Of a stretch of 18,169 bases of DNA, positions 1-9,628 are shown in pieces (the first letter of the stretch is position 1; the number at the start of each line of letters is the position of its first letter). Position numbers and translations under genes: made by a program. The stretch is from Chloroflexota bacterium (GTDB lineage: Bacteria; Chloroflexota; Dehalococcoidia; Lucifugimonadales; JADFKI01), in NCBI GenBank assembly GCA_027623195.1, contig JAQBUT010000040.1:1-18169 (forward strand), written 5' to 3'. Below the pieces are notes generated by a model. The model made no database searches. It worked only from the letters and a program-made list of their open reading frames with translations, and was not told where the DNA came from.

Positions 1-56
1 ACAGGCGCGGGGCCCCACTTTTGGATTGTCTTGGAAGAGCTTAGTCTTCTACACGG

Positions 57-1460
57 CTAGGCGAACTGAAATTCCCTCGAAGCCGATATGAGTTGCAGCA
101 CGCGCCCAATACGTACGCCACTTCTTTCGCGGTCTGACTCGCTTTGGAAAGTAACTTCCCCTTCCGATTCGGCGTATCGCATCAACCCCTCTCGCGTAGC
201 TTCGCATACCTCAATGGGGCCAACCAGGTCCAGGCATCTGTCGACGAGCTCCTCGGGCGATAATGACGTGCCGGCGGGACTCACCCTGGATATCACGTCC
301 TGGATGCCCGGCTTCGACAGATCGCTGAGCTGGCTGACGGCGAAATTGATCCGTTCATTCAAGGTACCGCCATCAATCCACTCGTGGCCGGTGTGCCAGC
401 CTTCTACGGTGGCAGGGTTCATGAGGTCCTGCCCCATCACGCCGGTGGCATTGCTGAGGGACATGAGACCCTCCTCTGGGAACCGGTATGTTCCCACAAG
501 CTTTATCGTTCCCGCCACCAACTCTGCAGGGCTTTTTACTTTCTTGAATCGGGCTTCCTTGAAGAAATCCGAATTGAAAAGCACGCGAAGGATAGAACGC
601 AAATCGCCGTTGGATTCGAAATACGTGGTCACCAACGTTTCGATAGCCTCAGGGGCCTGGGGCGGCTCCAACTCCCACGACGGCACTTGGGGCTCGTCCG
701 CGACAAAGAAGTTGTACAGATGCCTGGCAAGGAATCGTGCAGTGGCTGACTGCTTCACTATGATCTTTACGATATCTTCGCCATTGAAATTGCCCGTCTC
801 ACCCAGGAACGTCTTACTGCCATCATCATGGTCCCCTGAATTAAACGCGAACTCAGATTCGTAATAGCCGTAGGGGTACAGCGGTATAGGCTGGGTAAAA
901 GTCCAACCCGTGAAAGCGCGGGCGGCATCCTTGACGTCTGTTTCGGTGTAATTGCCGACGCCCATGGAGAAGAGCTCAAGAAGCTCACGTCCCCAGTTTT
1001 CGTTGGGTTCGCTGCGGTGATTCTCGCAATTGTCCAGCCAGTAATTCATAGCGGGATCCTTGGCGAGCGCCATAAGAATGGTTTCCATGTCGGACATGCC
1101 GATATTCCGGAACATCTCGATTTGATTGATCGACGAGGGGGAATGTTCGCTCTTGTACCAGGCCGTCGCGAATACGTGATGCCAGAAAAGGGACATCTTC
1201 TCCTCTAGAGGGCGCTCGGTATTTACCATTCGATAGATCCAGCGAGCCTTCCATAGGAAAACGGAGTCCTTATAAGACAACTCCATGTAATACCGCTTCA
1301 GGATATCCTCTTGAACCTCCGGGAAACCCTCCGGGTGCAGCAGATCCTCCACAATCCCCTCATAGCTATTTAGAGCCATCTTCTCGAGTTCGGCCCTGGT
1401 GGTTCCGAATCCGGCACGACGCATAAGATGAGCGATAAGTGCAATGTCTGTCTGTGGCAT
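57..1460 (-). CDS. DUF1800 family protein
   Basis: 467-aa ORF with family-typical motifs AHLMRRAGFG, LEEKMSLFWHHVFAT, PNENWGRELLELFSMG, DVKDAARAFTGW, KVKSPAEL; GGAGGGG SD upstream on the minus strand. Confidence 0.9.
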   Translation of the reverse strand: MPQTDIALIAHLMRRAGFGTTRAELEKMALNSYEGIVEDLLHPEGFPEVQEDILKRYYMELSYKDSVFLWKARWIYRMVNTERPLEEKMSLFWHHVFATAWYKSEHSPSSINQIEMFRNIGMSDMETILMALAKDPAMNYWLDNCENHRSEPNENWGRELLELFSMGVGNYTETDVKDAARAFTGWTFTQPIPLYPYGYYESEFAFNSGDHDDGSKTFLGETGNFNGEDIVKIIVKQSATARFLARHLYNFFVADEPQVPSWELEPPQAPEAIETLVTTYFESNGDLRSILRVLFNSDFFKEARFKKVKSPAELVAGTIKLVGTYRFPEEGLMSLSNATGVMGQDLMNPATVEGWHTGHEWIDGGTLNERINFAVSQLSDLSKPGIQDVISRVSPAGTSLSPEELVDRCLDLVGPIEVCEATREGLMRYAESEGEVTFQSESDRERSGVRIGRVLQLISASREFQFA

Positions 1461-1600
1461 ATTCCCCTCCGTACAGCGTGATCAATAAAGTTCTAAATAG
1501 TCCGGAAAACCTACTATTGTCTGTTGAAGTCCTAAGGAAGACATGGTTTGCTGCCATTCTAGCCACATCAGTCAGCAAGGTGCAAACTAGACAATCATTT

Positions 1601-1622
1601 CGAGGTTTTAGATAAGACCTCG
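1601..1622. promoter_or_regulatory. 22-bp near-perfect palindrome, candidate operator
   Basis: CGAGGTTTTA-GA-TAAGACCTCG, 9 of 10 arm positions complementary, in the divergent intergenic region. Confidence 0.45.
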
Positions 1623-1671
1623 CGTAGTAGTCGGTCTGTTCCAATACGTAGTGGCAGCTATAACATCTTAC

Positions 1672-1700
1672 TTGACATTCAAACGGTCGTAAACTAGCAT
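1672..1700 (+). promoter_or_regulatory. sigma70-type promoter of the ABC operon
   Basis: TTGACA (1672-1677), 17-nt spacer, TAGCAT (1695-1700). Confidence 0.7.
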
Positions 1701-1832
1701 TGCTGCCAAATCAATATAAGGGGTATCGGTTTGAATTGACCAGTAGTCGAATTTACTGCCTCACGGCTTAGTGAGGCCTTCTAACGGAGATAGCCCGCCA
1801 ATGTTAGGCGGCAATTAAAGTAGAGGCGGAAC

Positions 1833-4010
1833 ATGAAAATTACCAAATCCATAGGAATCGTTGCCATTGGCATTGTGGCTATGTTTGTATTCGCGGCCTG
1901 CGGCTCTGCGGACGAGCCAGCACCGGCTGCGCCCGCGCCCGCGGCGCCTGCAGCGGCACCGGCGGCACCACCTGCCGCGCCAGCCGCACCGGTTCCCGCA
2001 GCTCCCGCGCCGGCGTCGCCATCAAGCGGAACAGATCTAGTGGGTAAGCTTGAAGGTCCTGAAACCATTACCAACGTGAGCGATTACCCATCATCGTTTG
2101 GTGAGGCGCCACAGCTAGCGGCTATGGTCTCCGCGGGCAAGTTGCCCCCGGTCGCCGACCGCATACCGGTCCGCGAGGACCTCATGGTAATTGAGCCTGT
2201 AGAAATGACTGGCGAGTACGGCGGTATATGGCGGCGCGGCTTTACCGGCCCGGCCGACAAGTGGAATGGTTATCGATGTTGTTCCGGTCCCGACCACGTG
2301 CTCTTCTGGGACGTGACGGGCAGCGAACCTCGGCCAAATGTCGCCAAAGACTGGGAATTCAGCGCGGACGGCAGGGAAATAACTCTGTCCCTTCGCGAAG
2401 GCATGCGGTGGTCCGATGGAGCGCCCTTCACGGCCGACGACTTCATGTTCTGGTATGAAGACTTGTATCAGAACGACGAGCTCGTCCCCAATCAGGCTCC
2501 TTGGTTTGCCATTAATGGTAAGCAGGGCGTCATGTCGAAGGTCGACGATTACACACTGAAAATTGTATTCGAAGATCCATACTTCTTCTTCGCAGATGTG
2601 CTGGCCGGCTCAACCCCATTGGGTGGGCATGCCTACCAGGGCTTGAACGGTATGGGCATGTTCGCGCCGAAGCATTACCTATCCCAGTTTGTCCCCACAA
2701 TCGCCGGTGAGGCAGCCGTTGACGAGTTAGCCTCCGACGCGGGATACGACAACTGGGTGAATCTGATCAAGTTCAAGAACGACTGGTCGCTCAATCCGGA
2801 ACTGCCTGTGGTAACGCCGTGGCAGACCGTGACGCCAATCAACTCATCCACCTGGAAGTTGGAACGCAACCCGTACTACTGGGCCGTTGATACGGATGGA
2901 AACCAACTTCCGTACATCGACAGTGTCATCTTGACTCTGGCAGAGGACCTGGAAGTTATCAACCTGCGGGCCATAGCCGGCGAATACGACTGGCAGGCCA
3001 GGCATCTGAACATGGCGAAGGTTCCGGTCTTCCTCGAGAACCAGGAAAAAGGCGACTACAAGCTCTACTTCGACACGCAAGAGGTAGGAAGCGACGTCAT
3101 ACTGTCGTTCAACATGAGCTACACCGACGACCCGGAAATAGGTAAGTGGCTTGCTGACACGGAATTCCGTCGTGCATTAAGCCTGGGTATCGAGCGGGAT
3201 CAGCTTAATGAGGTGTTCTGGCTTGGCCTGGGTGTGCCGGGCTCCCATGCGCCGTCCACTACCAATCTGTTTAGCCCAGGGCCGGACTCTGAATGGAGAG
3301 ATAAGTGGTCGACGTTCCAGCCTGATGTCGCCAACAAGATGCTGGACGACCTCGGTTTGGATAAGAGAGACTCCGAAGGCTTTAGACTACGCTCCGACAA
3401 TGGAGAAAGGCTGGTTATAGAAATCAGTGGTCGTACTGCACAGTTCATGGAATTCGTGCAGATAGCGGAGATGGTTGCACTGCAGTGGTCCGATAATTTG
3501 AGTGTAAAGACCAATGTCTTGGCCGTGGAGCGAAGCCTTGAGGCCCAACGCGAAGCCGCGGACGAACATCAGATACAGTCTCGCTGGGGAGACGGTAGTG
3601 ACCACCTGTACACCTTCCCTGGTCACGTATTCCCCTCGTTCACCAGCAGCGGATTTGGATCAAAACTCGGCTTGTGGTTCGTCTCCAACGGCGAAAAGGG
3701 CCAGGAGCCGCAGCCAGAATTGAAAGAGGTAATGGCCAAATATAAGAAGGCCTTTGGTGTGCCGTTGGACGAGCGCATTCAACTCGGCCAGGAAATCTGG
3801 CAGACGGTGGTCGACCAGGCATGGGCGGTTGGTCTCGTCGGTCAGTCGCCTGCATCGCTGGGTGTGCGCATCGTGAAAAACGACCTGGGTAACGTGCCGG
3901 CCAGGCAGTTCAACAACCCGGATACCAAGACGCCAAGCATTTCCCGGCCAATTACGCTGTTCTGGAAGAGCGAGGAGAATCGTCAGCCGCAAGCCCTTAG
4001 CTACGAATAG
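1833..4010 (+). CDS. ABC transporter substrate-binding lipoprotein, family 5 (OppA/DppA-like)
   Basis: Lipoprotein signal ending FAAC, Pro/Ala-rich linker, GKLPPVADRIP, LREGMRWSDGAPFTADD, ERNPYYWAVD..GNQLPYID; GAGG SD. Confidence 0.93.
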   Translation: MKITKSIGIVAIGIVAMFVFAACGSADEPAPAAPAPAAPAAAPAAPPAAPAAPVPAAPAPASPSSGTDLVGKLEGPETITNVSDYPSSFGEAPQLAAMVSAGKLPPVADRIPVREDLMVIEPVEMTGEYGGIWRRGFTGPADKWNGYRCCSGPDHVLFWDVTGSEPRPNVAKDWEFSADGREITLSLREGMRWSDGAPFTADDFMFWYEDLYQNDELVPNQAPWFAINGKQGVMSKVDDYTLKIVFEDPYFFFADVLAGSTPLGGHAYQGLNGMGMFAPKHYLSQFVPTIAGEAAVDELASDAGYDNWVNLIKFKNDWSLNPELPVVTPWQTVTPINSSTWKLERNPYYWAVDTDGNQLPYIDSVILTLAEDLEVINLRAIAGEYDWQARHLNMAKVPVFLENQEKGDYKLYFDTQEVGSDVILSFNMSYTDDPEIGKWLADTEFRRALSLGIERDQLNEVFWLGLGVPGSHAPSTTNLFSPGPDSEWRDKWSTFQPDVANKMLDDLGLDKRDSEGFRLRSDNGERLVIEISGRTAQFMEFVQIAEMVALQWSDNLSVKTNVLAVERSLEAQREAADEHQIQSRWGDGSDHLYTFPGHVFPSFTSSGFGSKLGLWFVSNGEKGQEPQPELKEVMAKYKKAFGVPLDERIQLGQEIWQTVVDQAWAVGLVGQSPASLGVRIVKNDLGNVPARQFNNPDTKTPSISRPITLFWKSEENRQPQALSYE

Positions 4011-4031
4011 CAGCTGTTCTAGATAAAACGT

Positions 4032-4096
4032 GGGCTACTCCAAGCAGGCTCAGTTTACATGCCACGGGAGGTGTGTGAATCTCCATGGGGTAGCCC
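4032..4096 (+). other. Long intergenic stem-loop after the SBP gene (mRNA stabiliser or partial terminator)
   Basis: GGGCTACTCCA (4032-4042) pairs with TGGGGTAGCCC (4086-4096); inner stem TTTACATGCC/GGTGTGTGAA with G-U pairs. Confidence 0.55.
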
Positions 4097-4194
4097 CATT
4101 AATTTTACACTTAGGACGATAATTTTATTGTGGATGCACGTGCGGAGGGTTCAATGGCCCGTATTCACGTCCCTGTGAAGGCGGTGGATTTGAA

Positions 4195-5184
4195 GTGATA
4201 GGATTTATTGTCCGACGCTTTTTCCTTGCCTTGTTGACCATATGGGCAGTATCAGTCTTGTCCTTTGCAATCATACAGTTGCCGCCTGGCGACTACGTTA
4301 CGTCGTATGTGGCGCAGCTATTGTCGACTGGTACGCAGGTGTCAGAAGAAGAGGCAGACAACCTGCGTCAGCAGTACGGGCTAGGTAGCCCATTTCCCGT
4401 GCAGTATTACAAATGGGTGAGTCAGGCGGCTGGCGGAAACTTCGGCCTTTCCATGGAATATCAACGACCGGTCACGGAAGTCATCGGAGACCGCTTGATG
4501 CTAACTGCGGCTCTGGCATTCGTATCCATCGTATTTACCTGGATTTTGGCCATCCCTATTGGCGTATATTCGGCGGTGAAGCAGTATTCGATAGGCGATT
4601 ACGTATTCACGTTTATAGGTTTTCTGGGCCTAGCTGTGCCTAACTTTCTGCTGGCGCTCGTGCTGCTCTACCTAGGGTTTGTATACTTCGATTCCAACAT
4701 TGGTGGGCTGTTTTCGCCTGAAATGGCGGACGCTCCGTACAGCTTTGCCAAGATCATGGACCTGCTAAGCCACTTGTGGCTCCCGTCTATAATTCTTGCA
4801 GTAGCCGGCACGGCTCAGCTGATTCGCGTTTTGCGGGCCAACATGCTTGATGAGCTGCGAAAACCGTACGTGGTTACTGCCAGAGCCAAGGGGTTGAAGG
4901 AATGGCGAGTGGTGACAAAGTACCCCTTGCGCGTCGCTATGAATCCCCTGATCAGCACCGTCGGCTACCTGCTGCCGTTGCTGGTGTCGGGAAGCATCAT
5001 TATATCAATTGTAATGAGCTTACCCACGGTCGGTCCGATGCTGCTGAGAGCACTGTTGGCACAGGATATGTTCTTGGCAGGCACGATCATTCTCCTGATA
5101 GGGGTCATGACAGTCGCTGGCACATTCATATCCGATCTCATGCTGGCTTGGATCGATCCTCGAATCAGGGTGGAGGGCTCATAG
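4195..5184 (+). CDS. ABC transporter permease (OppB/DppB-like)
   Basis: Multiple TM segments; IQLPPGD; EAA-like loop LRANMLDELRKPYVVTARAKGL; C-terminal IDPRIR; GTG start. Confidence 0.93.
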   Translation: MIGFIVRRFFLALLTIWAVSVLSFAIIQLPPGDYVTSYVAQLLSTGTQVSEEEADNLRQQYGLGSPFPVQYYKWVSQAAGGNFGLSMEYQRPVTEVIGDRLMLTAALAFVSIVFTWILAIPIGVYSAVKQYSIGDYVFTFIGFLGLAVPNFLLALVLLYLGFVYFDSNIGGLFSPEMADAPYSFAKIMDLLSHLWLPSIILAVAGTAQLIRVLRANMLDELRKPYVVTARAKGLKEWRVVTKYPLRVAMNPLISTVGYLLPLLVSGSIIISIVMSLPTVGPMLLRALLAQDMFLAGTIILLIGVMTVAGTFISDLMLAWIDPRIRVEGS

Positions 5185-6330
5185 ATGGCCGGGGATAGTG
5201 TTGCTTTAGGAAGAGTAATAGAGGACGCCGCCGAAGATTCGACGGAACGTATTTACATTGCTACCCAGTGGCAGTTGATGTGGTGGAGACTCCGTAAACA
5301 TCGACTCGCAATGATAGCGGCTACCGTGTTGGCAATATTCTATCTCGCTGTTATTGGCGCAAATTTCCTGGCCACGTCAGACCCTCATTTAAGCGAAGCC
5401 AAACGGGGTGAAATGCCGCCTCAAGGCCTCCATTTTTTTGATGGATTCAAGCCGGGCCTTTATGTATACGGCGTCGCTGGCGCGCGCGATCCCAAGACTT
5501 TCAGGAAAATATTCGTGACAGACAAGGACACCAAAATACCGGTGAGGTTGTTTGCACGAGGTTTCGAGTACAAGTTCCTGGGCTTTCTTCCGACTGACAG
5601 GCATCTGCTGGGGGTCGCTAGCCCCCTAGTGGCAGAAGAATCCATATTCATTTTGGGAACGGACGTCCAGGGAAGAGATGTCTGGTCTCGATTAATGCTG
5701 GCTACCAGAATATCGATGAGCATAGGCCTCGTAAGCGTGACAGTCAGCCTCTTTTTGGGAGTGGTGCTAGGCGGGATATCCGGCTATTACGGTGGCTGGT
5801 CGGATATCATTATCCAGCGCGTAATCGAGATTCTGCGTTCCATACCCACCATTCCTCTGTGGATGGGCATCGCCGCCGCCGTGCCCCGCGACTGGTCGAT
5901 CATTAAGGTCTACTTTGCCATTACAATCATAATCTCCCTGATAGGGTGGACGACTCTGGCGCGGGAGGTCCGCGGTCGGTTCCTCTCTCTCAGAGATGAT
6001 GACTTTGTTACTGCGGCGGAGTTGGCGGGCGCGAGCAGAATGCGAATAATCTTCCGCCATATGGCCCCCTCTTTCATGAGCCACATAATTGCCGCAACAA
6101 CGTTAGCGCTGCCGGCAATCATCATAAGCGAGACCTCTTTGAGCTTTCTCGGATTGGGTCTTCGGCCGCCGGCGATTAGCTGGGGCGTCATGCTTCAGGC
6201 GGCGCAGAACGTACAAACTATTGCTTTGACACCGTGGCTCATGATTCCAGCTATACCTGTGGTCGCAGCCGTTCTGGCCTTCAATTTCCTGGGTGACGGC
6301 CTGAGAGATGCGGCAGACCCTTATGGATAG
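5185..6330 (+). CDS. ABC transporter permease (OppC/DppC-like)
   Basis: LGTDVQGRDVWSRL, FVTAAELAGAS, ETSLSFLGLG, FNFLGDGLRDAADP. Confidence 0.93.
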   Translation: MAGDSVALGRVIEDAAEDSTERIYIATQWQLMWWRLRKHRLAMIAATVLAIFYLAVIGANFLATSDPHLSEAKRGEMPPQGLHFFDGFKPGLYVYGVAGARDPKTFRKIFVTDKDTKIPVRLFARGFEYKFLGFLPTDRHLLGVASPLVAEESIFILGTDVQGRDVWSRLMLATRISMSIGLVSVTVSLFLGVVLGGISGYYGGWSDIIIQRVIEILRSIPTIPLWMGIAAAVPRDWSIIKVYFAITIIISLIGWTTLAREVRGRFLSLRDDDFVTAAELAGASRMRIIFRHMAPSFMSHIIAATTLALPAIIISETSLSFLGLGLRPPAISWGVMLQAAQNVQTIALTPWLMIPAIPVVAAVLAFNFLGDGLRDAADPYG

Positions 6331-6345
6331 GCGCTTTTATTTGAT

Positions 6346-7368
6346 ATGACTAGTCAAAGTGATTTATACCTTTCGGTTAGAAATCTAAAAACGCATTTCC
6401 CGCTGGACGAAGGAACTGTTGTCGCCGTCGACGGCGCCAGCTTTGACGTTCATCTAGGCAAAACCCTCGGTATCGTTGGGGAGAGCGGCTGCGGAAAGAG
6501 CGTTGCCGCGAGATCCATACTTGGTATTTTGGACAAGCCTGGCGAGATAGTGGACGGGGAGGTCCTTCTCCGTCGCACCAAGGGGGACAGTGGACAGGTC
6601 GATATGATAGACCTGACCACCCTCGACCCGAACGGGGAGGAGATGCGTTCCATCCGGGGGGCTGAAATAGCCTATGTCTTCCAGGAGCCGATGACGTCTT
6701 TCAGCCCAGTTCACACAATCGGCAACCAGCTAATCGAAGCCATAATGCTGCATCGTCCCGTCAAGAAGAAAGAGGCGCGGGAGTTGGCCGTGGACATGCT
6801 CCAGTTGGTGGGCATTCCATCGCCGGAAACGCGTGTCGACGAGTACGCTTTTCAACTAAGCGGGGGCTTGCGCCAGCGGGCAATGATCGCGATGGCCTTG
6901 TCCTGCAACCCTACCCTGCTCATCGCCGACGAGCCCTCTACGGCGTTGGATGTGACGACTCAGGCGCAGATTCTGGACCTGATGCGCAGGCTGCAATATG
7001 AGTACAACATGGCAATCATAATGATCACGCACGACCTCGGTGTAATAGCCGAAATGGCTGATCACGTGGTAGTCATGTATCTTGGGCGCGTTGTTGAGAG
7101 TGCGTCGGTCGACGACATATTCCATAACCCTAAACACCCATATACGAAGGCACTGCTGCAATCGATACCTCGAATGGGCGGTAGGGCGCGCGAGAAGCTG
7201 GCTTCTATTGCCGGAACAGTGCCGCACCCTTACGACCGACCTGTGGGATGTCCATTTAATCCCCGCTGCGAGTCCTTTATCAAAGGGACTTGCGATGCCA
7301 AGGAGCCTGAGCTTACAGCGATAGGCCCGAATCATCTGGTCAGTTGTTTTCTCTATGACGGAGGATAA
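6346..7368 (+). CDS. ABC transporter ATP-binding protein (OppD/DppD-like)
   Basis: Walker A GESGCGKS, signature LSGGLRQR, Walker B LLIADEP, C-terminal GCPFNPRC. Confidence 0.95.
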   Translation: MTSQSDLYLSVRNLKTHFPLDEGTVVAVDGASFDVHLGKTLGIVGESGCGKSVAARSILGILDKPGEIVDGEVLLRRTKGDSGQVDMIDLTTLDPNGEEMRSIRGAEIAYVFQEPMTSFSPVHTIGNQLIEAIMLHRPVKKKEARELAVDMLQLVGIPSPETRVDEYAFQLSGGLRQRAMIAMALSCNPTLLIADEPSTALDVTTQAQILDLMRRLQYEYNMAIIMITHDLGVIAEMADHVVVMYLGRVVESASVDDIFHNPKHPYTKALLQSIPRMGGRAREKLASIAGTVPHPYDRPVGCPFNPRCESFIKGTCDAKEPELTAIGPNHLVSCFLYDGG

Positions 7369-7371
7369 TCC

Positions 7372-8424
7372 TTGGTACAAACTGAAAAGCCAAGCGAAAA
7401 CAGACTTCTAGAGGTCAAGAATCTCAGCAAGTTCTTTCCCATAAAGAAGGGACTGCTTAGAAAAGAGGTCGGGGCTGTTCGCGCTGTGGACGACGTTTCG
7501 TTTTTCATCAACGAGGGAGAGACTCTCGGGCTGGTTGGCGAAAGCGGATGCGGCAAGACGACGACCTCGAGATGCATTCTTAGGGCGGTTAATCCGTCAA
7601 GTGGCGAGATAATATATCGCACGGAGGACGGCGAAACTGTCGACGTGGCAACAATGCCCCGTTCCCAGCTTCGAACCCTGCGGCGCGATATGCAAATGAT
7701 CTTCCAGGACCCGTTTTCATCGCTGAACCCACGTATGACGCTCATGGATATAGTAGGCGAGCCTCTGCTGGTACATGGCATGGGCAATAAGAAGCAGCGA
7801 GAGGAACGCGTGGCGGAGCTGCTGTCGCTGGTTGGGTTGCGCCCTGAGTATATGAGGCGTTTCCCGCATGCGTTCAGTGGGGGGCAGCGCCAGCGTATCG
7901 GCATTGCGAGAGCGTTGGCAACTCACCCGCGCCTGATTGTGGCCGACGAGCCAGTATCCGCGCTGGATGTGTCGGTACAGGCTCAAGTGCTCAATCTCCT
8001 GTTGGATTTGCAGGCCGAGCTTGGGCTAACCTACCTCTTCGTGGCCCACGACCTCAGCGTAGTGAAGCACATTAGCGACCGAGTCGCAGTGATGTACGTT
8101 GGCAAGATGGTAGAACTGGCGCCCACGGACATGCTGTTCACCAGACCTAAGCACCCTTACACGGCTGCGCTACTTTCGGCAGTCCCGGAACCGGATCCCC
8201 GCAGGCGGGCCACTCGTACAATTCTGCAGGGCGAAGTAGCTAATCCGGCCGACCCTCCTAAGGGCTGTTACTTCCACCCGCGATGTGAATACGCCACTGA
8301 CGTATGCAAAACTGAAACTCCACTTCTTCAGGAGACCGAGCCTGGCCATTTTGTTAGCTGCCACCGCGCCAAAGAACTTAGCCTGGCGGGCGTCGCAATC
8401 AATCCAGGCGAACAGGGCGCATAG
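7372..8424 (+). CDS. ABC transporter ATP-binding protein (OppF/DppF-like)
   Basis: Walker [42 protein letters not shown] start after GGAGG. Confidence 0.95.
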   Translation: MVQTEKPSENRLLEVKNLSKFFPIKKGLLRKEVGAVRAVDDVSFFINEGETLGLVGESGCGKTTTSRCILRAVNPSSGEIIYRTEDGETVDVATMPRSQLRTLRRDMQMIFQDPFSSLNPRMTLMDIVGEPLLVHGMGNKKQREERVAELLSLVGLRPEYMRRFPHAFSGGQRQRIGIARALATHPRLIVADEPVSALDVSVQAQVLNLLLDLQAELGLTYLFVAHDLSVVKHISDRVAVMYVGKMVELAPTDMLFTRPKHPYTAALLSAVPEPDPRRRATRTILQGEVANPADPPKGCYFHPRCEYATDVCKTETPLLQETEPGHFVSCHRAKELSLAGVAINPGEQGA

Positions 8425-8433
8425 CTCGATATT

Positions 8434-9105
8434 GTGACACCGGCGAAGACCATGAGGTCACCAATAACGTTATCCATCCTTCGTCAGGACGGTCGTGCGG
8501 GCGCAGCAAAGGTCCGCCTGACCATCTGTTTGGCCCTTTTTGGGGCGAGTTTGGGTGCCTCCGGAATGCTTATCTCCTTCCTCGCGCGCACAAGGTTCCC
8601 GCTGGACCCAACTCATCTCGATTTTCAAGCGACTATTTTGCTGACGCCGTCTGGAGCGATTGCCGGAGCGGTGTTGGGCTCACTCCTAACGTGGCCGACG
8701 ACTAATAATGACGGCCGTTCGCATGGTCTCGTCTTGTGGCTCATTATGGGGTTCATGTTCGGCGTGCTGCTTTCCTTCGTTACAGGTCTGTTCATGCCAT
8801 ACTCGACTGCCGTACTAAACACAGCAAAGGGCGTGTCCGAGGCCTCGGATTTTATGCGCGACCTGGTTGACGCTGCATTCCGCATGCCCTCGGTCGCAGT
8901 GATTCAAGGTGTGTTCGGTCTGTTCACAGGTATGCTCATGGGTGCGTTCTTCATGTTAGGCGGCATGCTGATAGAGCGGTTCAACACCTCCCCTAACCCG
9001 CGCATATCGCGATACGCGCCTTACGTCATCGCCGTGGGACTAGCGGTCTTTTTTGTAGCTTTGGGCGCTTACGGCCCTGCCGACTTGCTAGCCAAGCTGG
9101 GGTAG
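8434..9105 (+). CDS. Hypothetical integral membrane protein
   Basis: 223-aa ORF with about 5 hydrophobic Gly-rich segments, 9 nt after the ATPase stop; start codon uncertain. Confidence 0.7.
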   Translation: MTPAKTMRSPITLSILRQDGRAGAAKVRLTICLALFGASLGASGMLISFLARTRFPLDPTHLDFQATILLTPSGAIAGAVLGSLLTWPTTNNDGRSHGLVLWLIMGFMFGVLLSFVTGLFMPYSTAVLNTAKGVSEASDFMRDLVDAAFRMPSVAVIQGVFGLFTGMLMGAFFMLGGMLIERFNTSPNPRISRYAPYVIAVGLAVFFVALGAYGPADLLAKLG

Positions 9106-9180
9106 ATATGGCTTTCTCTGGCGGGTGAATAGGTACGGCAATAGTCAGCAACCTTCGGGGCAAATACGAAAAGCCACAGG

Positions 9181-9621
9181 CTAGCTGAGCTCGATTAGCG
9201 CCTCACCACCACGGACCTGCTGCCCTGGCTGTATCAGTATGCGGGCCACGGTGCCTGCTCCATCCGAGCGAATGCTCTGCTGCATTTTCATGGCTTCCAG
9301 AACGCAGGCCTCGTCGCCTACCGCAATGTGATCGCCGATGATGTGCCCCACCGATATGATGACGCCTGGCATGGGCGCTCGTATCGTGTGGCTGACTTCG
9401 CCCGTGACTGACTTGGCCTGGGAGAGGTGCGCTGGCGTTGGGTCCATTTGAGGCGAGTCTGTGGTCTGGACTTCGAGTTGTTCAGAGGTTCCCGCCATAC
9501 CATCAATGTCTACTTCCACGGGTTCCCCGTCTACAAGTACCCTTATCGGCACCGTCGTCAGGTCTTCCACCTCAACGGTGTACCATTTGGAGCCGACCTT
9601 TACCTTCAATACTCTCGTCAT
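9181..9621 (-). CDS. Biotin carboxyl carrier protein (stand-alone, MmdC/GcdC-like)
   Basis: IRAPMPGVI and the EAMKM biotinylation motif; N-terminal beta-hairpin-like region VLKVKVGSKWYTVEVE followed by a linker. Confidence 0.9.
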   Translation of the reverse strand: MTRVLKVKVGSKWYTVEVEDLTTVPIRVLVDGEPVEVDIDGMAGTSEQLEVQTTDSPQMDPTPAHLSQAKSVTGEVSHTIRAPMPGVIISVGHIIGDHIAVGDEACVLEAMKMQQSIRSDGAGTVARILIQPGQQVRGGEALIELS

Positions 9622-9628
9622 GGAAGAC

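Noticed and set aside
88..864. 258-aa plus-strand ORF
   Set aside because: Antisense shadow of the DUF1800 gene with no recognisable motifs
1548..1708. TTGCTGCCA at 1548 and 1700 plus inverted TGGCAGC at 1652
   Set aside because: Short, irregularly spaced, and not matching sigma54 -24/-12 geometry; may be chance
1911..2025. GC-rich quasi-repeat (GCACCG/GCGCC units)
   Set aside because: Encodes the Pro/Ala linker of the SBP lipoprotein; not a CRISPR or independent repeat. The antisense Gly/Ala ORF 1781-2074 is its shadow
9109..9176. TGGCTTT/AAAGCCA inverted repeat between convergent genes
   Set aside because: Arms too far apart and no U-tract, so not called a terminator
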